A stretch of DNA of 64,000 nucleotides, taken from NCBI GenBank assembly GCA_964016885.1, contig OZ024740.1, positions 333,126,001 to 333,190,000 of the forward strand. The letters are read 5' to 3'. The notes under the pieces are model-generated. The model saw nothing but the letters and a program-made list of their open reading frames with translations, ran no database searches and had not been told where the DNA came from. The position numbers were made by a program, and so were the translations under genes. Positions 55,135-64,000 of the stretch are shown one piece after another (within the stretch, counting starts at the first letter, position 1; every line of letters starts with the position of its first letter). This stretch comes from Eledone cirrhosa. Lineage: Eukaryota.

Positions 55135-57699
55135 GTATGTATGTATGTATGTATGTATGTATGTATGTATGTATGTATGTATGTATGTATGTATGTACGG
55201 ATATCTGAAATATAAGTGTTATTTATGAGTCTGAATCATAATAAAGCACATACGTTGCTTCATCGTCTACGATAAAGACTAGATTTTCACATTAAGAGGA
55301 GTAAATAATTTAACTATTACTTTATCGAAATAATCTCACAGTTTCCTCATTAACATGTTCAGTTTAATTTCTTCACAAAAGAAAAATATCACAATTAATT
55401 AAGAATATGTTGTGCTCGTACGTTATTAAGTGCCGTGATATATACTTGATATATGGTAACTTATGGCATTGCAAAATATAGGAGCCAATATTAACTGTTT
55501 CTCTGGCTTTTCTAAAGGATTCGTCTTGGCAAACGATGCACGACACTACAAAGTGTTTGCCATCCATTCTAATAGAGACCATAAATATCCCTTAATCATG
55601 AAATGTATATATTTGACTTAAATCTTTATTCGAATAAGTATATCTACGCTTTTATTTGTATTTCCATAAATAATATTATGATATGTTTCGTTTCTTCAAA
55701 TGACAAAATTTCAAGTCATTAAAATTTAGGTCTGCGTAAATTATTTAATACATACATAACAACCTCTCCATTGCCTTATTTATCTTAAATTCTGTACATG
55801 CAATATTTTAAAACTATGCAAATTGCGCCAGTCTAAAAATGTCCATAAATACTTTTCTCTATTTAAGCATGTATGTTTATTGATCAAATGTTTTGTATTC
55901 AGCAGTAATTTTCCAAGAATTTACTTTAGTATGTAGGCAGGTAGGTTATTACAAGAAACAAATTTAGATTTTCACATAATATCAGCAGTTAATTTCATTC
56001 CATTGGTTTCTAATTCTTTGATCATACAATTTCTATTCCAGTTGGCAGGAATAATTCTTATTTCACTTATTTCTCTATGAATCAATGTCGTATTGTCTAT
56101 TGTTTCCTGATTCAATCTTATGACCTTTGATATATCCCCCGCGCTTAAGTATGCAATTTTTTAAAACACTTCATATTTAAATTATGTAAATTGCTTCCAT
56201 TTTCATTTTTGTAAATCAAAAGCGAACGCCGTTTAACTTTATGTATCTCAATATTTGTGGATCATTATTTAGTAAACCATCCTCACTAACACCAGTTGTT
56301 TTTTTAATTCCTCCATTTACACCATTTCATTTGCTATAATGGAAAATTTTGATGCATTAGATTTTCCCTCATCAAATTTTATAGAATTAATTATAAATGA
56401 TTAACATTAACTTCATTTTGTATGGGAGTAGATTTTTCTTTGAATTTGATATAAGGAAAGACGTTCACATACAACATTTTCTACTACTGCAGCTCTCGTA
56501 GATATTTAACTTATCTCAATTGAAGGAAGCTCACTCAAGCTAAATACAATTTGATAGTGAGTAAATGAATGTGGCAATTCCGAATATCATATTGTCTGTC
56601 CAAAATGTTTATGCCTGCTAAATTGCTTTAATCCAGTATGATGCAAACAACGTTAAAGTTTAATCTTAATCATAAAAAATAATTTTGTTTCTAATTAATT
56701 TTAAACTCCTTTAAATTATTTGAATCAGTGCACTTCGCTTAGAAGATTTATCGATCAAGCAGTATTGTTTTGTATTTTCTCCGCAAATTTGGGTAGAAAC
56801 GGATCAGTAATGATATCCGTTGTCCTCAATGCTTTCGTTCCTAAATATAAGATTTATCTTAATCCCGAGAGTTAGATTTTTTTCAAATAGAGTTTAAGAA
56901 ATCGAAAGTTGAATCCCCTATAATTGTGATTCTCTAAGGAATACCTCCAGTGGTTTGTTTTCTTAATTCAACTACGAGGAAAATTGATTACTGCATCTCG
57001 TGTGATTCACTGACAATATTCAAAATGAAAAAAGAAAAATGTTAAGAAAAATGTAAGGTTTTCCCTTAAATATGTGAATAATATTTTTTCTGTTTTCAAA
57101 TGATGTCTTAAATTGGAGAGTTACGTTTGTTATCTCTGTGAATTATTTGCAATAAGACTGTGTATTTTTTTTTCTTTTGTTTTTGCCGTTTTATCTCGAC
57201 AGAAAATAAAATTCCGTTCACTAAAAAGTACGTTGCATAAATCATTCCGAATTTCAGTACATACCTGATTCATCTTAATGTATAATGAAGTTATTTTCAA
57301 TTTCGTCCGATACATTAGGCTGCTGTCAAATATAATTTTTTACCAATTATTTATATACAAAATCATATACATGTTGACGAAGTTTGTTTATGTTTATTAG
57401 ACTTCATTGACGACGTCCAATACAAATGAAACGTAACATTTACAATTAACATACCCACTAAATAGACAAGAATTTAATTGAAGCATAATAATTAAATTAT
57501 TTTGATAAATACTTAGTTCATCGGAATGATCACATATTTTGTGAGTTAATAACTTTGTGACTTAAATATATAATTATTTATTCATTTAAAACAACATGAA
57601 TATTGATATTTTTTCCTAAATGTTTGACATTCACTTCTCTCAATTAATTTTCTCATTTAAGTATGAATATTTTATAAACTATTTGTAACATATTTTCTT

Positions 57700-58070
57700 G
57701 CCTTTAGCTTCACCACCTCTACCTCTGAGTCTACCATCCAATATCTCGACATTCCTCTTTGTATCGATCACTATCAACACACCCTCACTACTTCCATCTT
57801 CCGCAAACACACTGACAAGCAGGCCTACCTCGACTTCCGCTCCTAACATCAAACTCTCTATATCCTACTCCCATTCTACTGCAGTCAGGAACATGATTTC
57901 GAGATCCAATCTCAAATCATGGCGTTTTACTTCAATCAGCGTGGATATCTTCCCACTGTTATACAAGAAAACGTTACATGCTGCCTTGATCTTACTACAC
58001 CACAGCCCGCTTCCCCAACTCCAAACATCCACCTACCTTTCCCGACACACCTACGAACCTTCTACTCTAA
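57700..58070 (+). mobile_element. Old PLE RT C-terminal fragment related to 9060-9500
   Basis: FTTSTS..IQYLDI..LTTSIFRKHTD..YLDF..SISYS vs FTTSIS..VHFLDI..LVTSAFFKHTD..YLDF..SIPYS. Confidence 0.7.
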
Positions 58071-59871
58071 AGCTACGGCGCCATAACCTTCAATTCTTAT
58101 ACGATCTTGTAGATGCCCTCACATTGGTAATTTCACGAGTTTCTATTTTATCTTTTAATTCTAATTCTATCTCCTGTTGAAGGCTAGTGCCCGACACCAA
58201 TTGAGAAACCGTTCTAAATATGAATTATTTCATATTTCATTCATTACATTGATACATATTTGAATCTCCTGAGCCCCATTTTTGCATGCATATTTAATCG
58301 ATTTTATTATGCAAATTATTGTTGCCGTTCATTCGTCAGCAAAAATGTTATACGTAAGAGCAGATATTTATAAATTTCCTTATATAGGCAAGTAAAATTG
58401 CATATATATATATAAATATATATATATGTATATATATATAAACACACACACATACACACACACGCACACACGCACATACACACAAACACACACATATATA
58501 TGTATATATATATATGTATATATGAGAGAGAGAAGGAGATAGACATAGAAAGATATAGAGAGAAAGAGGAAGTGAGAGAGTGAGAGAGATGCATATATGG
58601 AGGTTATGATCAAAGTGAATCATGCCTTACATGCCTAGCAGTTTCACTTGTCATGCATATTAGACAGATTAAATTTTCGAATAAGGACAACAAATAAATT
58701 TTGTTAATTAATTATGACTTTACTAACATTTACTCTCTTATATTTGTATTATTACATTCATACTACGTTGTTTCTTTATTTTCTAACCAATACCAAACCT
58801 TTTAACAAAGTTTTTCGAGCGTCATTTCTTGCATCCTTAGATATGATTTATGTGAATCAGTTACAATGGATGAGAGAGTTATTACGCTAAAATCAATTTT
58901 GTTTACTTTTTTATTATGGAAATTAATGCTGTATGTTGGAAAAAAAATACAATGATCGAATTCTTCTTTTGCGTCATATTTTACAACTATATATATTTGA
59001 TTCATCTAATGCAAGCCATTGAATCAGTTCAATTATTTTGTATAGTTCAAGATTACTATTAATTATGTGAATTACTGATGGCTGTATTAAATCATTCCAA
59101 ATTGTTCTATGTAAAAATCAATAAAGCTGGAGCTTATGGGTTTGGCATATTTGATGACATTTCCTACGACCTAAACCTGTTCGTTGCTGTATACCTGTGA
59201 ATATTTAGGTAATGCATTTAGAATTGTATCTTCGTATTTCAATTATAATGAGAAGAAATGTAACTTCAGTTCTACGTTCAATTAATCACCATACAGTTCT
59301 AATTAAAGATTCGATGTTGAGGCATGAGAAATGATTTCTTCGTTTGTTCTCATGTGGTATTATCGCATCAATTGTATTAGTCAACTGTATAAAATTATCG
59401 GCTTCAAATAAATTTACTATATTAGATTTTGGAAACGAATCCCCCCAGTATCGACTATATAGGTTATAATTCCTTGTCGATAAAACTCAGTCAGGAAGTA
59501 GTGTACGTTCATTCCACCACAAACACTATAAGGTGCTGCAATATATCTATACATTGCACATGCTATAAGTAATAGAAATAATTACTTTAATGTGTAGGCT
59601 AAACATCTCAGATTTAAAGGGTAGACAACGGCCACAATTCTATTTATTGTATTTATAAAATTTCTCCTTTACTTTACTCCAGAAAATCCATATAATTTGA
59701 AGCAGAGTTGGTTTTCTGTTCGCTTCAGTACTGATTATAATTGGACATTGCCTATACACGTTTATTATCTTCCTACAACTCGTTTGAATTCCATAAAATA
59801 ACTTCTCTTTATTGATACATTTATATATAACACAATGATTTCTTACCTAAAAAGATGTTTTGGTACACACA

Positions 59872-60350
59872 TTCACTCGATATGCAAATTAGGCTGCTCA
59901 GCCGTTAATATGAATAAGGAAAGTATATGCTTTCAAACGTTCAATCTACTGACAGAAAGGTATACGGTGCTGATGAAGCTAATAAGCTAGAAACTAGTTC
60001 ATCGTTTCTTTTTCAGTGCCGAACACTGTACGGCTACTAATTCAGGCTGTTTGTTTACAAACAAACCGAGCATTATAAAAAAATGTTCGCTAAACCCATA
60101 CGTACATATATATATGTGTGCATGTATGTTTGTATATACATACGCGTGTACATCTATATATATATATGTATGTACGTATAACATACTTATATTTAAGTAT
60201 CAGCCGTACTAAGAGTGAGAAATGAAATTTCATTTTTTCCATTTATCTTTTTCGGTACACCCGGCCGACTAACTCACTCGATATTCAAATTAGGCTGCTC
60301 AGCCGTTAATATGCATTAAGAGTGAGAAATGAAATTTCATTTTTTCTATT
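59872..60350 (+). repeat. Dispersed, diverged ~1.1x monomer of the 16.9-19.7 kb HHR repeat
   Basis: cactcgatatgcaaatt.ggct.ctcagccgttaatatg at both ends; HHR at 59964-60005. Confidence 0.88.
59964..60005 (+). ncRNA. Minimal type I HHR in the dispersed monomer
   Basis: ACGGTG-CTGATGA-AGCT-AATA-AGCT-A-GAAA-CTAG-TT^CATCGT. Confidence 0.8.
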
Positions 60351-60621
60351 TATATATGTATATACGTATATATATATATATAAAATCAAGGTCTAGCAAA
60401 TAGAGAAAAAGTTTTAAAATAAATTTTTAAAAAATCGGTGTACTTACTATGTGTGCCTTTACCGCGGTTTCAAGTTCCAGAATAAACGGATAATCCAAGC
60501 GGACTTCCATTGAGAAGGAAACCATCTTCAGAACGCTCTTCCCACTCGGAGAATATAACATTTCCGAGTTCAAACCACAAACTGACGCCATACAGAACCA
60601 TTCACAGATGAGAGTGTATGA

Positions 60622-60696
<75 letters not shown>

Positions 60697-60749
60697 ATAT
60701 ATATTTATATATGTATATATGTACTCCTCCTACATGTACTCCCCCCCCC

Positions 60750-60825
60750 CACTCTCAAAAGCATGAACTTAATAAACTCTTATTTGTACTGACTCTCTGA
60801 CTTTGTTACCATCCAAGTTTCATCT
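60750..60825 (+). mobile_element. Extreme 3' end fragment of the Neptune-like PLE family
   Basis: cactctcaaaagcatgaacttaataaac..tttgtactg.ctctctg matches 11623-11672. Confidence 0.65.
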
Positions 60826-60897
60826 CTCTCTCTATATATATATGTATATACATGTATATATATATATGTATATATGTATACATATATATATATATAA

Positions 60898-60974
<77 letters not shown>

Positions 60975-61539
60975 CATAAAATTCTCTAAAAGGCTACAAA
61001 ATAGATTCCCAAATACGGGCGCGAATTTTAATAAACTTGTTTACGTGACAAACATAATTTCCTTTATAACCAATCAAATTACATTAAAAAAAAAAAACTT
61101 TCCTGAGCCCCTTTTGTTAAGTAAAAAGAAATTCAAACACTCATATATGAGTGTTTGAAGAACTTTGTAACGCCAACTGGCGCGAAATTTATTATACCTA
61201 TTGACAAACCAGTCAATTTATTTCTCAAAAAACCTGGCGTTTCGAGCCACTTTTTTCCATATAAAACAAGTAACATTCAAAGACCAACCAGATGTGAGGA
61301 AAACCACAGACCCTCCATCTCAACTCCACTTTTGAAAAGCAGAAGAACTGCAAAACCGGTAAAGGAACCAAATAAATATATATATTCTTTTTAAATAAGA
61401 CTCCAGTTGCATTTTCGATTTCATCTTTCTTTCTTTATACTTTCACTCGTGTAGGACACCTCGGTTATTTCTCATTTTGTAAAAAAAAACCTCACTTTCT
61501 AATATATCTATAGCTGTATATACGTATATATATATATAC

Positions 61540-61597
<58 letters not shown>

Positions 61598-61601
<4 letters not shown>

Positions 61602-64000
61602 AAAATTTGAACAGGAACAAAACAGAGAGGCAGTACAACGAATGTTTATTAATTTCACGCTCTGGAGAGTGGGGTGTGGTGGGGAATGACGTTTCGGGCA
61701 TAAGCCCTTCCTCAGGTGAGAAGTGTGTGGGAAGAGAGTTCAAAGGGTGTGTAGGGGAGTGGTGGAGAGACATATAGCGAAAAGGGGAGGGGGAACGGTG
61801 CGAATGAAATTAAAAATAAAAATAAAAATAAAGCATGATCAAAATAATATTAAATGAAATAAAAATGAATATAAAAGCATGATCAAAATAAACTGAAATT
61901 AAAAAGGGGTAAAACAGGTGGTGTAAGGGTGTGGGGTGTGTAGGGGTGGTGGCGGGTGGAGTGGGGAGAGGGAGACGGGGTGTCCGAGCGGGGAGGGCTG
62001 AAGGTGGTGTGTGTGTGTGTAGGTGTACGTGTGTATGTGTGTGTGTGTATGTGGAAGCAAGGGTTGGGGGAAGAACGGGGTTGCATGTTCAGGAAGAGGT
62101 GTGTGTGGGGTGGGGTGTAGGTCGGAGTGTGTGTGCGTGTGTTGATAGAGGGGTGGGGGAGAGGAATCCGGAGGCTGAAGGTGTAAATATGTGGTGGAAA
62201 GCACGTGTGTGTGGGGTTTAAGCGTGTTGTGGGTGTAGGTGGCGTGTGGGAGAAAAAAGATTTTTCTGGGTGTGTGTGTGGGTGAGTTATATAGGTGATT
62301 CCGTAAGAGGGTGTGGTTGAAATGTTGGTAAACTCCTATGATGGTAGTAGATTCCACGGTGGTCAAGTTCCACATACGAGTATTCCATGAAGAGATGGTC
62401 GGAAGAGGAGACATGTGGGGTACGCGCGCAACAGGAAGTGGTCAAGGCGGTGGGAGTGCTGTGTGTCTGTTTGTGCTGGGAGGTGGTCAGAGGGCATAGC
62501 AGCAGTCGGGTGGAATGGTAAAGGGGCGAGGATGGGTAGGTGTGGAAGTTGGAGTGAGGGGGTGTGTGTGTGTATTAGTAGAGGTGTTAGTGGGATGAGT
62601 GAGTGTGGAGAAAGGGTGTGGGTGGAGCGGGAAGAGAAGGGTGTGGGGGTCGATGGAGGGAGTGTGGTGTACTGGTGTGTGTGTAGTTTGATGAAGGGTG
62701 TGTTAGTGGGTGTTAGTATACGGGAGTTGGGGAAAGGGTTGAATGCAGGTGTGAGTGGGGTTTAGTGGTGGTAGGGTGTGTAGAGTCGGTGGTGTACGAG
62801 CGTGTGTGGGTACCTGTGCGTGGGGTTGGGGGTGTTAGTAATGTTAGTTGCGTGTAGGGTGGTTGGTGTAAGTGGGTGCGTGTGTTCGTGTGCTTGGGGT
62901 CACGGGGTGTTAGTGATGTTAGTTGCGTGGTTTTGGGATGGAGGTGTGGGGGTGAGGGTTAATGGTGGTAGTAGGGTGTGTGTTTAGTGTGAGCGTGTGT
63001 ATATATGTGCCGGTGGGTGTGTGCGTGTGATAAGGAGGGGGAGAAGAAGGGAGGGATGTTAGTATGTTAGTTGGGGAAGGGTGGTCGGATGAGGGGTTGA
63101 GTGGAGCTGCTAGTATTGTTAGTTGTGGGGTGGGCGGTGAAAAGGAGGGGTGTGTTAGTGGTGTTAGTGGGGGATATGTGTGGGGGGAGGGGCGGTCAAA
63201 GGCTAAAGAAATAAGGGTGGAGAGTTCAGGCCGGGGGGAGGGTGGGTCTGTAGGATGAAGATGGTTCTTTGTTCGACTCTGAGGAGATTGGCGGGTGTTC
63301 CGTGGCATTGGAGTAGGCCACAGACTGTGAGATGACGTGCGGAATGTCCAGGGGCACCAAAGTGGCGGGCGATGGGGGAACTACCACCGAGACGAATATC
63401 CCGGAGGTGCTCAGTGAATCGGTCCGCCAGGCGACGTCCCGTCTGTCCGTAGACTAGGTTGGAGGAGGCGCAGCGGAAGGCATGCCGGAGAGAGAGAGAG
63501 TGGCCGTTGGGACCCTGGAAGGTGGTGGTGTTGGTGATGCGGGGACAGGTGTTGCAGCGGGGCCTAGAACAGGGAAAGGAACCGGGGGGGAGCGTGGGCT
63601 GGGGGGGGGGGGGGGTAGGGAGCTGTGGACGAAGATGGTGCGGAGATTGCGTGCGCGTTTGAAGGAGGGGAGTGGTGGGGTTGGGAAGATGTGGGAGGTG
63701 GAGGAGACGGTGGGTGGGTGTACGGTGACGTCGGGTGAGGGTGGTGGAGCGGTGGACAGCACGGGTGCGGGTGAGAGCGGTGTGGACGAGAGAGGGGGGG
63801 TAACCTCTGCGGATGAAATGGCTGACTAGGGAAAGGGCCTGGGACTCGAAGTCAGCATCTCGGCTACAGAGGCAGCGGATCCTGAGGAGTTGGAAGTAGG
63901 GAATAGAGTGTTTAGTGTGTGTGGATGGGAAGAGGTGAAGTCGAGGTAAGAGTGGGAGTCGGTGAGTTTGAAGAAGGCGGAGGTGACGAGGGAGTGCTGG
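61598..64000 (-). mobile_element. Second copy of the Neptune-like PLE (continues past the window end)
   Basis: Reverse complement of ~9140-11698 with internal deletions; ends at (TA)n. Confidence 0.92.
61688..61715 (-). ncRNA. Minimal HHR motif in PLE 3' repeat
   Basis: CTGAGGA-A-GGGC-TTAT-GCCC-GAAA-C-GTC; differs from the 11578 motif only at the free N7 position. Confidence 0.75.

Overview
AT-rich, microsatellite-dense eukaryotic repeat DNA with no recognisable host gene. The tRNA-derived SINE family resembles octopod cephalopod SINEs, which is recalled and not searched. The window is a retroelement graveyard: one near-full-length Tx1-like LINE (29.2-35.0 kb) plus truncated copies, RTE fragments, several SINE copies, and Penelope-like elements (PLEs) of two kinds (Neptune-like at 8.5-11.7 kb and 61.6-64 kb; a CxCx5C-linker, Hydra-like type at 49.5-52.9 kb and 45.4-46.4 kb). 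The main signal is RNA, not protein: about 15 type I hammerhead ribozyme (HHR) motifs from several unrelated repeat families. They include (i) a tandem array of ~430-bp non-coding monomers at 16.9-19.7 kb, each with a minimal HHR, plus a dispersed monomer at 59.9 kb whose stem I keeps pairing despite substitutions (retrozyme-like); (ii) several small fold-back elements in (TA)n tracts with HHRs in their arms; and (iii) a variant CCGANGA-core HHR with a ~75-90-nt stem II loop, conserved in three copies. All structures were read by eye, boundaries are approximate, and no activity is shown.
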